Assembly (NCBI GenBank): GCA_963783865.1
Contig: CAWAPD010000003.1
Location: 71,171 to 135,170, forward strand
Length of the DNA stretch: 64,000 nucleotides
DNA from: an uncultured Actinomycetes bacterium
Lineage (GTDB): Bacteria > Actinomycetota > Thermoleophilia > UBA2241
Reading direction: 5' to 3'
Shown in pieces: positions 21,342-34,520 of the stretch. The position numbers were made by a program, and so were the translations under genes. How positions within the stretch are numbered: the stretch's first letter is position 1; the number at the start of each line of letters is the position of its first letter. Under the pieces are notes generated by a model. It searched no databases. It saw only the letters and a list, made by a program, of their open reading frames with translations, and had not been told where the DNA came from.

Positions 21342-22895
21342 TCAGTAGTAGCCGGAGTAGCGGTAGGAGTCGCGGCCGGAGTGGGTCACGCCCGACACGA
21401 CGAGCCCGATGCTGCGGGCGGGTATTCGCTCGAGGAACTGCGCGATCTCGGTGAGCATGCGGCGCGTCGTGTCCTCGAGCTTGACCAGGACGATGACGCC
21501 GTCGACCACGCCCCCCATCGCCACCGCGTCGCCCACCGCGAGCATCGGCGGGGCGTCGACCAGGACGTAGTCGTTCTCGTCGCGCAGCCGGTCGAGCACC
21601 TCGCTGAGCTGGCGTGACGTGACGATCTCGCCGGGGTTGGGCGGCAGGGGCCCCGCGGTGAGCAGGCGGAGCTCGAGACCGTCGGGCCCCGACGGCGCCG
21701 GCGACCGCCGGGCGTCGCTGGTGGTCAGGACCGCGGGGTCTTCTCTGAACGTCATCACTCGCAAGGCCTCGTCGAGGGTCGCGGCGCCGGCCACGACCGA
21801 CGTGACGCCGAGGGTGTTGGGCACCTTGAAGTAGGTGTGCAGCGAGGGCCGCCGCAGGTCACCCTCGATCACGGCCACACGCTTGCCGGTGCGCAGCAGC
21901 GCGATCGCGAGGTTGGCGATCGTCGTCGACTTGCCCTGACCGGGCAGCGGGCTCGTGACGAGGATCGACTTGAGGTCGCGGTTGAAGTTCATGAAGTCGA
22001 TGTTGGTGCGCAGGCGCCGGTACGCTTCGGAGGTCGGGTTGCGGGGGTCCTCGAGGGTGACGATCCGGCCGTCGCCGCGCATCGAGCGCGGCAGCATGTC
22101 GATGGTGCCGAGGATCGGGATGGTGGTCAGCGACTCGAGCTCCTCGACCGTGTGGATCTTCACGTCCAGCGCCTCGCGCAAGAACGCCAGGCCGACGCCG
22201 AGGATGAGCCCGGCGAACGCCGCCAGGGCGGCGTCGCGCTTCGGCCGCGGGCTCGCCGGCGCCGACGGCGCCTGGGCTGCGTCGCCCACCGAGACGCCGC
22301 CGGTTGTCATCGTCCTGAGGATCTGGAGCTCGTTGGCCTGGGCCAGCAACGTGTCGTAGACGGGCGACGTCGGCTTGGTCGCCACGAGTTGTGCCTTGTT
22401 CTGTTTGATCGCCTCGTCGAGCGCCGACAGCTGCTGCAGCTTGCGCCACGCGACGAACTGATCGGCGAACGCGTTGGCGAGAGTAGCCGCCTGGCTGGGC
22501 GTGGGGCGCGTCGCAGTGACGTCGATGACGTTGCTGCTGGTGTTGGGGGCCGCGGTGACACTCTTCGCGAGCTGGCCCGCGGAGTCGCTCCAGCCGAGCT
22601 GCGTCTTGACCAGCTGTGCGATCTGGGGCGTGGCGATGAAGGTCGCCAGGGTGGAGACCTGCCGTTGGTCGACCGTCTGGCTGCCGAGGTTCGTGCCCAG
22701 CGCGGCGTTGACGGCCGTCGACTGGCTCTCGACCATGATGCGCGCGGAGGCGGCGTAGGTCTTCGCCTGGGACAGTGAGAGCACGAGCGAGATCGCCGGC
22801 ACCACGACGACGCAGGCGATGACGATGAGCTTGCGCCGCCAGAGGACCTGGAGGTAGTGCCTCAACTCGAATGTTGACTGTGTCTGCTGTCCCAT
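21342..22895 (-). CDS. Polysaccharide co-polymerase / BY-kinase (Wzc/EpsB-like tyrosine autokinase with an N-terminal Wzz domain)
   Basis: Two TM helices flank a Wzz-like periplasmic domain. Walker A LPGQGKSTTIANLAIAL, DxD, and a C-terminal Tyr cluster SYRYSGYY are present. Confidence 0.85.
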   Translation of the reverse strand: MGQQTQSTFELRHYLQVLWRRKLIVIACVVVVPAISLVLSLSQAKTYAASARIMVESQSTAVNAALGTNLGSQTVDQRQVSTLATFIATPQIAQLVKTQLGWSDSAGQLAKSVTAAPNTSSNVIDVTATRPTPSQAATLANAFADQFVAWRKLQQLSALDEAIKQNKAQLVATKPTSPVYDTLLAQANELQILRTMTTGGVSVGDAAQAPSAPASPRPKRDAALAAFAGLILGVGLAFLREALDVKIHTVEELESLTTIPILGTIDMLPRSMRGDGRIVTLEDPRNPTSEAYRRLRTNIDFMNFNRDLKSILVTSPLPGQGKSTTIANLAIALLRTGKRVAVIEGDLRRPSLHTYFKVPNTLGVTSVVAGAATLDEALRVMTFREDPAVLTTSDARRSPAPSGPDGLELRLLTAGPLPPNPGEIVTSRQLSEVLDRLRDENDYVLVDAPPMLAVGDAVAMGGVVDGVIVLVKLEDTTRRMLTEIAQFLERIPARSIGLVVSGVTHSGRDSYRYSGYY

Positions 22896-22910
22896 GTGCT
22901 CCCTAGTATC

Positions 22911-24356
22911 CTAGCGGTTCTTCCCCCGTTGCGGGGCGCCTAGTCTCGAAGTGTTGCGCAGGGGCTCCGCTGGCAGTCGCCAGAGCTCGACGAGGCTGAG
23001 CGCGAACGCCGCCGCCAGCAGGATGTTCCGGCCGATGACCACGAGCAGCGGGCCGGTCTCCATGTCGACGAACTTCCAGTAGTACTTCGGGAACTCGATG
23101 TGCGTGAGCACGAGCACCCCGATCAGCAGGCCGCCCAGCACCGGGCGGCGCACGATGACGAGCGCGATGGCCGGCAGGGTCCAGATGAAGTACTGGGGCG
23201 AGAGGACCTTGCCGAACACGAGAAAGGCGAGGACCAGCGCCAGGACGGCCAGCGGAACGTCCTGGGGCGTCGCGCGCAGCGTCTCGCGCCGGCGCCAGAT
23301 GAGCCAGTACACGAGCCCAAGGCCGGCGATCAACAGGACGCTGTCGGCCTTGGCCACGGCGTCGGTCCCCCTGGCGGCGATGAACTGGGAGCCGTAGCTG
23401 TTACCGGTCTCGATCCAGATCCAGCCGAACAGGTGGCCGATCCAGTACGGGGTCCCGGCCACGCTCTCGAGCTGCAGCGGGCGGTGCAGGTGATACGAGA
23501 AGACGTGCCAGAGGCCCTTGATCGCGGCGGTGCCGCGCACGGCGTAGTAGAGGAACGGGAGGATGGCCGCGAGCGTGAACAGGACGAAGGTCCAGATGAT
23601 CGTCCGCCGCCGCCAGGCGAGGACGAACACCAGCGGCAGCAGGATGACCGGCGTGAGCTTGAGCGCGAAGCCGATGCCGAGCACGAGCCCGGCCCACTCC
23701 CAGCGCCGGGCGGCCAGCAGCAGGAGCGCGGCCGCGAACACGCAGGCCACGACCGCGTCGTAGCGGTTGGCGGTGATGGCCCCGAGTGCGAGCACGAGGC
23801 CACCGTAGGCGGCCGCCACGATCCACGCCTGGCGGCCGCGCCAGAGCCTTGTCGCGGCCGCCGCCGTGAGGGCGCCGGCGGCCGTCGAGGCGATCATCAT
23901 CTCGAAGGCGAACTGGCGCGCGTAGGTCAACCAGCCGCCAGTGGTCGTCTCGGTGGCCGGCGTCATCCAGGCGCCGTTGCCGAGGACCTTGGCCGGCAGC
24001 AGGAACACCGGGACGGCCAGCGGCGGGTACTCGAGCGCGAGCTTGAGGTACGGCGTCTGCCCGTTGACCATCGACAGGGCGTACTGCCAGTAGATGTAGG
24101 TGTCCGAGACGTCGAAGAACTGGTAGGGCCACTCGTGGCCGCCGAACATGATGCGGTCGTAGAGGACGTACCACATCAGCCACCAGACAGCTGCCTGGAC
24201 GGCGACGGCGAGGCCGATGACGGCGATCAGGCGGACGGCGGACCAGGATGCGGCAGGCGCATCCTCTGTCGCGGCCGGCACGGCCACCGCGCCGGCCGCC
24301 TTGGTAGGGGGCGCGGCGGCGGCTGCGCCGCCGCGCCCCCTACGACTGCGACTCAC
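22911..24356 (-). CDS. Polytopic membrane protein, GT87/DUF2029-like (GT-C type mannosyltransferase-like)
   Basis: More than 10 TM helices and a Pro/Ala-rich N-terminus. Architecture resembles DUF2029/GT87 polyprenol-phosphate-sugar-dependent transferases. Confidence 0.45.
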   Translation of the reverse strand: MSRSRRGRGGAAAAAPPTKAAGAVAVPAATEDAPAASWSAVRLIAVIGLAVAVQAAVWWLMWYVLYDRIMFGGHEWPYQFFDVSDTYIYWQYALSMVNGQTPYLKLALEYPPLAVPVFLLPAKVLGNGAWMTPATETTTGGWLTYARQFAFEMMIASTAAGALTAAAATRLWRGRQAWIVAAAYGGLVLALGAITANRYDAVVACVFAAALLLLAARRWEWAGLVLGIGFALKLTPVILLPLVFVLAWRRRTIIWTFVLFTLAAILPFLYYAVRGTAAIKGLWHVFSYHLHRPLQLESVAGTPYWIGHLFGWIWIETGNSYGSQFIAARGTDAVAKADSVLLIAGLGLVYWLIWRRRETLRATPQDVPLAVLALVLAFLVFGKVLSPQYFIWTLPAIALVIVRRPVLGGLLIGVLVLTHIEFPKYYWKFVDMETGPLLVVIGRNILLAAAFALSLVELWRLPAEPLRNTSRLGAPQRGKNR

Positions 24357-24882
24357 GGAAGCTCCACAGCTTGTTGGCCACGAAGTTGACGGGCATCACC
24401 GTGACGATCGCCAGGAGCTGGCTCGCGAGGAGGCTGAGTCCGATCTGGGCATGACACAGCCAGAATACCGTGAGGTTGCCGGCGTAGGCGACCACGCTGA
24501 CGGTGAAGAACTTCGGCAGCTCCCGCGCGACGGGGTTGCCGGAACGGAACGTCCACCAGCGGTTGAGATAGTAGTTGGTGAACACCGACACGACGAAGCC
24601 GCAGAGGTTGGCCAGGTACCCGGCGGCGCGGGCGATGTCGCCGGTGTGCTTGAACACGATCTCGCCGCTGTAGTGGCGGACGTCGGCGAAGGAGTGGACG
24701 TCGCCGGCCACGGCCACCCACAGGAGCAGCGTGAGCGTGAACACGACGAGGTTCACGACGACGCCGCTGATGCCGACCAGCGCGAACTTCAGGAACTGCT
24801 TGACGCTCTCGTTCAGACCACGGTCCATGGCCATCCGGGTCGAGACGGAAGGATGCCCGGGCGGGCCGGGCAGGGCCATCAT
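24340..24882 (-). CDS. GtrA family protein (polysaccharide synthesis membrane protein)
   Basis: KQFLKFALVGISGVVVNLVVF...YYLNRWWTF is the GtrA signature. Four TM helices. The true start is probably the internal MAMDRG. Confidence 0.75.
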   Translation of the reverse strand: MMALPGPPGHPSVSTRMAMDRGLNESVKQFLKFALVGISGVVVNLVVFTLTLLLWVAVAGDVHSFADVRHYSGEIVFKHTGDIARAAGYLANLCGFVVSVFTNYYLNRWWTFRSGNPVARELPKFFTVSVVAYAGNLTVFWLCHAQIGLSLLASQLLAIVTVMPVNFVANKLWSFRESQS

Positions 24883-24982
24883 ACGTGAAGGGTGGGGGTC
24901 GACAAAGCCGCTACCTCCGCGCCCAGAGCGGCGCCATGAGCCGCCGCGGCGCCGAGAGCGGCGCCATGAGCCGACGCCCCGC

Positions 24983-25711
24983 TCATCCGCGTGAGGTCAT
25001 CCACGCCGCCACCGCTTCACGGGCGCCGGTGAAGTCGTCGAACGGGACGAACGCGATGCCCTCCTCGGCGCAGAGGCGGGCCAGCGTGTCGCGGGCGAAG
25101 ACCAGGCCGGCCTCGCGAGCCATGCACAGGTCCGAGACGCCGTCGCCGAAGACGACGACGGCGTCTCCCGGCCGGCGCAGATCGCGCGCGAGGCCGCCCT
25201 TGCAGCTGTCGGGGCCGCAGCGCGGGCAGTCGCCCAGCCGCCAGTCGAACTCGACGCGGTACGGCGGGCCCCCGTCCGCGCCCGAGCCGATCAGCTCGCT
25301 GGCGTGCAACTCGACCGGCGGCAGGGCGAACCGCCGCCAGACCTCCTCGATCGCCTCGCGCACGCCGGCGCTGACCACGACGACGCGGCCGCCGGCGGCC
25401 GTCACGGCGCCGGCGAAGCCGGCGAACCCCGGCCGTGGCTCGGCCGCGTCGACCATCGTCGCCAGCACCTCGCGGCGCGGCGCCGTGATCAGCCCCATCT
25501 GCCGGCTGAAGCAGGCGGCGTGGCTGAGCTCGCCGCGCCGCGACGCCTCCTCGAACGGCCACCAGGCGTCGCCGGTGAACCGCCGCAGCGCGACCTCGTT
25601 GCACTCGCGCGTGGTGATCGTGCCGTCGTAGTCGAGCAGCACGAGCAGCCGGGACCAGTCGGGGAGCGGGTCGGAGGGGGAGCGGGCGGGGGTGGCCGGA
25701 ACGGACGTCAT
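24983..25711 (-). CDS. HAD-superfamily hydrolase (HAD-IB/MtnX-like phosphatase)
   Basis: Motif I LLDYDGTIT. The C-terminal motif GDGVSD is a HAD motif IV variant. Confidence 0.65.
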   Translation of the reverse strand: MTSVPATPARSPSDPLPDWSRLLVLLDYDGTITTRECNEVALRRFTGDAWWPFEEASRRGELSHAACFSRQMGLITAPRREVLATMVDAAEPRPGFAGFAGAVTAAGGRVVVVSAGVREAIEEVWRRFALPPVELHASELIGSGADGGPPYRVEFDWRLGDCPRCGPDSCKGGLARDLRRPGDAVVVFGDGVSDLCMAREAGLVFARDTLARLCAEEGIAFVPFDDFTGAREAVAAWMTSRG

Positions 25712-25840
25712 CTCCCGGCCATTCTACATACGGGCGCCCGCGAGCGTCTGCTACAATCGGTGCCCGGAGCAGGCTCGAGGCTGCGCAGCCGCAGCCCGGG
25801 CGTCTGGAGCCGCCCCCCGCGTCAGGAGAGTGAGCAGCAC

Positions 25841-29104
<3,264 letters not shown>

Positions 29105-29117
29105 GGGGAACAAGGCG

Positions 29118-29828
29118 ATGAGCGACCGCGACGCCGTCCAGAGCGATCCGACCATCAAGCTCGTCGTGCAGCTGGCCGAGCCGGCCGCCGACGACCGCGT
29201 GCTCGACGTCGGCACCACCGTCGGCGCGCTTGCCTTTGCCCTGCACGGGATCGTGACCGAGGTCGAGGCGGTCGACGACCGCCAAGATACGATCGACGAG
29301 GCCCTGCGGCTGCAGTCGACGCTCGCCGTCACGGGCATCCGCTTCTCGCGCGCCGACCTCTACGCGCTGCCCTTCCCCGACGACGCGTTCTCGCTGGTCG
29401 TCTGCCGCAACACCATCCACCGCTTCCGCGAGCCGGTGGAGGCGCTGCGAGAGATGGCGCGCGTCATGCGCCCCGGCGGACGCCTGGTCCTGAGCGACGT
29501 GGTCGTCAGCGAGGCGCTCGACCGGCCGGTCAACGAGCTCGCCCGCCTGGCCGACTCGGGCCACCGCCGGCACTGCCTGCACGACGAGTTCGTGGACCAG
29601 TTCGAGAAGGCCGGCCTCAAGGTGACGGCCGAGAAGCAGGACCGCTCCACCGTCGACCTCGAGTTCTGGCTCGAGGCGGCGGCGGTCGACCACGGTCACG
29701 CCGGCATGGTGCGCGCCCGCCTGCAGGAGTTCCCCCTCAAGGTGCAGAGCGCCCTCGACCTGGTCGTCGCCGACCGGCTGGTGTCGTTCAGCTACGACGT
29801 GATCGCCTTCAGGCTCGAGCGGGCCTGA
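29118..29828 (+). CDS. Class I SAM-dependent methyltransferase-like protein (degenerate motif I)
   Basis: VLDVGTTVGALA (motif I-like), RPGGRLVLSD (post-I/II), Methyltransf_11-like fold. Confidence 0.5.
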   Translation: MSDRDAVQSDPTIKLVVQLAEPAADDRVLDVGTTVGALAFALHGIVTEVEAVDDRQDTIDEALRLQSTLAVTGIRFSRADLYALPFPDDAFSLVVCRNTIHRFREPVEALREMARVMRPGGRLVLSDVVVSEALDRPVNELARLADSGHRRHCLHDEFVDQFEKAGLKVTAEKQDRSTVDLEFWLEAAAVDHGHAGMVRARLQEFPLKVQSALDLVVADRLVSFSYDVIAFRLERA

Positions 29829-29829
29829 C

Positions 29830-30144
29830 CTACCCCAGCCAGTCGCCCAGCTCTTCGATCAGCTTCTGCTTGTTCAGGGCGCCGACGATGCGCCGCTTGA
29901 GCTGGCCGCCGTCGAAGGCGAGGAGGGTGGGGATGTTCATCACCTCGAAACTCTGCGCGACCTGCGGGCTCTCGTCGACGTTCAGCTTGACGAACGCCAC
30001 CTCCGGGTGCTGCGCGGCGATCTCGGCCAGGACGGGCTCGACCACGCGGCACGGGCCGCACCACTCCGCCCAGAAGTCGACCAGCACCTTGCCCGGCGCG
30101 TCGAGCACGGTCGTCTTGAAGGTGTCCTGCGTGACTGCGTCCAA
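29830..30144 (-). CDS. trxA: Thioredoxin
   Basis: WAEWCGPC active site. TTG start preceded by GGAGGGG. 104 aa. Confidence 0.9.
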   Translation of the reverse strand: MDAVTQDTFKTTVLDAPGKVLVDFWAEWCGPCRVVEPVLAEIAAQHPEVAFVKLNVDESPQVAQSFEVMNIPTLLAFDGGQLKRRIVGALNKQKLIEELGDWLG

Positions 30145-30211
30145 CGTTCCCCTCCGTGTGAAGTGACGGGCGCGGGGGCGGCGGCGCGGGCGCGCCGCCG
30201 CCCCCGCGCCC

Positions 30212-31279
30212 CTACTCGTCGCCCAAGCGGGCCTGCTGCCGGCCTTCGGCGTGCGCGTACGGGTCCTTCGCGACCTCTTCCGCGCAGTGCGTGGTCGTCG
30301 CCGCGGTCGGGCACGGGAGGGCGTCGAGGTACTTCTCGGCCTCGATCGCGGCCAGCGCGCCCTCGCCGACGGCGTTGGCGATCTGCTTGATGCGTCCGGC
30401 ACGGGCGTCGCCGCAGGCGAACAGGCCCGCGCGGCTGGTCATCAGCCGCTCGTCGGTCAGGATGTAGCCGCCCTCGGTCAAGTCGATCAGGTCCTTGACG
30501 AGGGCCGTGTTCGGCGTCTGCCCCACGTAGAAGAAGACGCCGTCGACCGGCAGGGTGCCGGTCGTGTGGTCGAGCACGTTCTCGGTGTCGACCCCTACGA
30601 CCTTCGTGTCGCCGTCGATGCGGTTGACGACCGTGTTCCAGACGAAGTGCATGCGGGGGTTGGCGAAGGCCCGCTCCTGGGCGATCTGCGCCGCCCGCAG
30701 CTCGTCGCGGCGATGGATGACGTAGACGTCGCTGGCGAAGCGAGCGAGGAAGAGGCCCTCCTCGACCGCCGAGTCGCCGCCGCCGATCACGGCCACGCGC
30801 TTGTCGCGGTAGAGGGCCGCGTCGCAGGTGGCGCAGTACGACACGCCGCGGCCGAGGAACTCGGCCTCGCCGGGCACGCCCAGCTTGCGGGCCTCGACGC
30901 CCGGCGAGAGGATGACCGCCCGCGCGTGGATCCGGTCCTCGTCGGTCACGACGACCCAGGTGTCGTCGGGCTGGGGCTCGATGGCCTCGACGGTCGTGAT
31001 CTCGCGCAGGTCGGCGCCGAACTGCGTGGCCTGCCGCTTCATCAGGTCGCCGAGGTCCCACCCGGAGATGCCGTCGGGGAACCCCGGGAAGTTCTCGATG
31101 CGTTCGGTGATCGCCATGATGCCGCCGGCCGTGTTGCGCTCGAGCACGACGGTGCTCAGGCGGGCGCGCGCCGAGTAGATGGCGGCGGTCATGCCGCCGG
31201 GCCCGGCGCCGACGATGGCGACGTCGTAGAGGTCGGCGCCCTCGGGCGTGCGGAGGGGCGGCGTCTGGCTGTCGGTCAT
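30212..31279 (-). CDS. trxB: Thioredoxin-disulfide reductase with a Cys-containing C-terminal extension
   Basis: GAGPGG FAD motif, CATC redox centre, GGGDSA NADPH motif. About 35 extra C-terminal residues include CPTAATTTHC. Confidence 0.9.
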   Translation of the reverse strand: MTDSQTPPLRTPEGADLYDVAIVGAGPGGMTAAIYSARARLSTVVLERNTAGGIMAITERIENFPGFPDGISGWDLGDLMKRQATQFGADLREITTVEAIEPQPDDTWVVVTDEDRIHARAVILSPGVEARKLGVPGEAEFLGRGVSYCATCDAALYRDKRVAVIGGGDSAVEEGLFLARFASDVYVIHRRDELRAAQIAQERAFANPRMHFVWNTVVNRIDGDTKVVGVDTENVLDHTTGTLPVDGVFFYVGQTPNTALVKDLIDLTEGGYILTDERLMTSRAGLFACGDARAGRIKQIANAVGEGALAAIEAEKYLDALPCPTAATTTHCAEEVAKDPYAHAEGRQQARLGDE

Positions 31280-32349
31280 CGGTCGGCTCCTTCACGTACG
31301 AGGCTCGGGGGGGCGCCGGCCCCGCCGGCGCCGAGCAGGCCTCGGGCGACCAGCTCCTCGGCGATCTGCACCGCGTTCAGGGCGGCGCCCTTGCGCAGGT
31401 TGTCGGCCACGACCCAGAAGACCAGCGAGTGCTCGGCGGTGTCGTCGGCGCGCAGGCGCCCCACGTAGACGGGGTCACGGCCCTGCGAGTCGATCGGCAT
31501 CGGGTATGCGGCGTCGGCGGGGTCGTCGACCACGACGATGCCGGGGAACGCCGCCATGAGCTCGCGCGCACGCTCGGGCGAGAGCGGCTCGCGGGTCTGG
31601 ACCCAGACCGACTCTGAGTGGGCGCCGAACACCGGCACGCGCACGCAGGTCGCCGTCACCTTCAGCTCGGGGTCGGCGAAGATCTTCTGCGTCTCGTCGA
31701 CCATCTTCTGCTCCTCCCTGGTGTAGCCGGAGGGCAGGAACGAGTCGATGTGGGGCAGCAGGTTGAAGGCGATCGGGTGCGGATAGAGGCCGAGGGTCGC
31801 CGGGCGACCCTCGGCCCACTCGTGGCTCTGGCGGTCGAGGTCGTCGACGCCGCGCTTACCCGAGCCCGACACCGACTGATAGGTGCTCACGACGACGCGG
31901 CGGATGCCGGCGGCGTCGTAGATCGGCTTGAGGGCGACGACCATCTGGATGGTCGAGCAGTTGGGCGTGGCGATGACGCCGCTGTGGCGCTCCAGGTGAT
32001 CGGGATTGACCTCGGGCACGACCAGCGGCACCGCCGGGTCGCCGCGGAAGGCGCTCGACTTGTCGATCACGACGGCGCCGGCGGCGACGGCGGCCGGCAC
32101 GAAACGCCGACTGGCGTCGCCGCCGGCGGCGAAGAAGGCCAGGTCGACGCCGGCGAATGAGTCGTCGCTCAGGACCCGGACGGTCAGCGGCTCGCCGTTG
32201 AAGGCGAGCTGCGCGCCTCGCGAGCGTTCGCTCGCGAGCAGCCGCAGCTCGCCCACCGGGAACCCGCGCTCCTCGAGGATCGCGCGCACGGTACCGCCGA
32301 CGACGCCGGTCGCGCCGGCGATGGCCACGGTGTACCGCCTGTCAGTCAT
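31276..32349 (-). CDS. asd: Aspartate-semialdehyde dehydrogenase
   Basis: [14 protein letters not shown](P) motif and active-site Cys in ATPNCSTIQ. Overlaps trxB and lysC (operon). Confidence 0.9.
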   Translation of the reverse strand: MTDRRYTVAIAGATGVVGGTVRAILEERGFPVGELRLLASERSRGAQLAFNGEPLTVRVLSDDSFAGVDLAFFAAGGDASRRFVPAAVAAGAVVIDKSSAFRGDPAVPLVVPEVNPDHLERHSGVIATPNCSTIQMVVALKPIYDAAGIRRVVVSTYQSVSGSGKRGVDDLDRQSHEWAEGRPATLGLYPHPIAFNLLPHIDSFLPSGYTREEQKMVDETQKIFADPELKVTATCVRVPVFGAHSESVWVQTREPLSPERARELMAAFPGIVVVDDPADAAYPMPIDSQGRDPVYVGRLRADDTAEHSLVFWVVADNLRKGAALNAVQIAEELVARGLLGAGGAGAPPSLVREGADR

Positions 32350-33601
32350 GTCGCACTCCGCGGTCTGCCACCTCGTGCGCGACGGCGCCGTTCTCGAGCT
32401 CGAACGCGTCGTGCAGCGCCTTGACGGCCTCCTCGACGCGGTCCTTGGCGATCACGCAGGAGACCTTGATCGGCGAGGTCGAGATCATCTCAAGGTTGAT
32501 GCCCAAGTCTGCCAGCGTCCTGAACATGAGCGCGGCCACGCCCGGATGGGTCTTCATGCCGGCGCCGATCAGCGAGACCTTGGCCAGCGCCTCGTCGGTC
32601 GCGTAGCCCTTGGCGCCGAGGTCGGCGACGATGCGCTCGAGCGCGATGCGCGCCTCGGGCAGGTCGACGATCGGCACCGTGCACGAGATGTCGGAGTGAC
32701 CGGCCTCGCCGACGTTCTGGATGATCATGTCGACGTTCACGTGCGCGTCGGCCAGGGCCGCGAACACGTGGGCCGCCACGCCCGGCCGGTCGGGCACGCC
32801 GCGGACGGTCACCTTGGCCTCGTCGGTCGTGTAGGTCACGCTGCTGACGATGGCCTGTTCCATGGATTCGTCTTCTTCCATCACCCAGGTTCCCTCCGCG
32901 TCGGAGAAGCTCGAACGACAGTGGATCACGACCCCGTAGCGCCGCGCGTACTCGACCGACCGCAGGGCCAGGACCTGGGCCCCCGAGGCGGCCATCTCGA
33001 GCATCTCCTCATACGAGACGCGGTCGAGCTTGTGGGCCGTGCGCACGAGGTTGGGGTTCGCGGTGTAGACGCCGTCGACGTCGGTGTAGATCTCGCACAC
33101 GCGGGCGCCGAGGGCGTGGGCCAGGGCCACCGCCGTGGTGTCGGAGCCGCCGCGCCCGAGCGTGGTCACGTCTTTGGCCGTAGAGACGCCCTGGAAGCCG
33201 GCGACCAGCACGATCCTGCCGTCGGCCATGGCCTCTTCGAGGCGCTTCGGCGAGATCCCCACGATCTTGGCCTTGGTGTGGCGTGTGTCGGTGACGATAC
33301 CCGCTTGCGAGCCGGTGAAGCTGACCGCCTCGCGGCCCAGCGTGTGGATGGCCATCGCCAGCAGCGCGCAGCTGATGCGCTCGCCGGTCGAGAGCAGCAT
33401 GTCCATCTCGCGCTCGGGCGGGCGCGGCGTGATCTCGTAGGCCATGGCGGTGAGCTGGTCGGTCGTGTCGCCGCGGGCCGAGACGACGGCGCAGACGCTG
33501 TCGCCGGCGTCGTAGGCGGCGACGATGCGCTGCGCCACGTTCAGGATCCGCTCGGTGTCGGCGACCGACGTGCCGCCGTATTTCTGCACCACGATGCTCA
33601 A
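32342..33601 (-). CDS. lysC: Aspartate kinase
   Basis: [12 protein letters not shown]-terminus and C-terminal ACT domains. Confidence 0.9.
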   Translation of the reverse strand: MSIVVQKYGGTSVADTERILNVAQRIVAAYDAGDSVCAVVSARGDTTDQLTAMAYEITPRPPEREMDMLLSTGERISCALLAMAIHTLGREAVSFTGSQAGIVTDTRHTKAKIVGISPKRLEEAMADGRIVLVAGFQGVSTAKDVTTLGRGGSDTTAVALAHALGARVCEIYTDVDGVYTANPNLVRTAHKLDRVSYEEMLEMAASGAQVLALRSVEYARRYGVVIHCRSSFSDAEGTWVMEEDESMEQAIVSSVTYTTDEAKVTVRGVPDRPGVAAHVFAALADAHVNVDMIIQNVGEAGHSDISCTVPIVDLPEARIALERIVADLGAKGYATDEALAKVSLIGAGMKTHPGVAALMFRTLADLGINLEMISTSPIKVSCVIAKDRVEEAVKALHDAFELENGAVAHEVADRGVRHD

Positions 33602-33703
33602 GGAAAAGGACCTCCAGACGAGTCTAGGAGTCTACCGCACCGGCTGAGGCGGCGAAACGGTCGCCGGGGCCGGCGCGGGCCGGCCGGGGGTGCTGCCGCC
33701 GGG

Positions 33704-34468
33704 CTAGGCCTTGCCCTCTTCGGAGGGCAAGGGCGCGATCGGCGGCAGCTCACGCTTGTGGCGGCTGGCGGAGCTGAGCCGCTCGATCTGCCCGGCGCCG
33801 GGCGTTCGCTCGCCGCTGAGGTAGCGGTCGAGCTCGTCGTAGGTGAGACCCATCTCGCCCTCGTCGGTCTGGCCCTCCCACAGGCCGGCCGACGGCGGCT
33901 TGTCGACGATCCGCCGCGGCACGCCCAGGTGGCGCGCCAGCTCGCGCACGCGCGTCTTGGTGAGGCTGCCCAGCGGCAGCAGGTCGACGCCGCCGTCGCC
34001 GTACTTGGTGAAGTAGCCGATGGCCAGCTCGCTGGCGTTACCGGTGCCGATCACGCGGTAGCCGAGGTGGTTGGCGAACGCGTACAGCGTGGTCATGCGC
34101 AGGCGCGGCTTGAGGTTGGCGCAGGTCAGGCGGTCGGCGGTCGGCACCTCGGCGCAGCACTCGTGGAGCTCAGTGAGCAGGGTGTGGTAGGTGGCCGTGA
34201 GGTCGACGGTCGAGACGGCGACGCCGAAGTGCGCGGCCGTGAGCCGCGCGTCCTCGGCGTCGCCCTCGGCGCTCTCGATCGGCATGATCAGGCCGAGCGA
34301 GTGCGCCGGGAAGGCGCGCTTGCACAGGGCGGCGACGACGGCCGAGTCGATGCCGCCCGACAGCCCGAACACGCAGCCGCTGCCGCCCGAGCCCTCGACC
34401 TGCTCCTTGAGCCAGGAGGTCAGGTGGGCGGCGAGCCGTTCCTGGGCGCTGTCGTCGCTCTTCGCCAT
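33704..34468 (-). CDS. nadE: NH3-dependent NAD+ synthetase
   Basis: PP-loop GLSGGIDSAV. 254 aa, NadE fold. Confidence 0.85.
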   Translation of the reverse strand: MAKSDDSAQERLAAHLTSWLKEQVEGSGGSGCVFGLSGGIDSAVVAALCKRAFPAHSLGLIMPIESAEGDAEDARLTAAHFGVAVSTVDLTATYHTLLTELHECCAEVPTADRLTCANLKPRLRMTTLYAFANHLGYRVIGTGNASELAIGYFTKYGDGGVDLLPLGSLTKTRVRELARHLGVPRRIVDKPPSAGLWEGQTDEGEMGLTYDELDRYLSGERTPGAGQIERLSSASRHKRELPPIAPLPSEEGKA

Positions 34469-34520
34469 GGCAGAGGGGAGTCTACCCCACTCGGCGCCGG
34501 TCGACGGCGCCGCCCGGCCG

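Noticed and set aside
25712-25840. Possible T-box leader upstream of ileS
   Set aside because: No T-box consensus (GGGTGGNACCGCG) or specifier-loop/terminator architecture is recognisable in the 130-nt leader. Only an RBS is evident.
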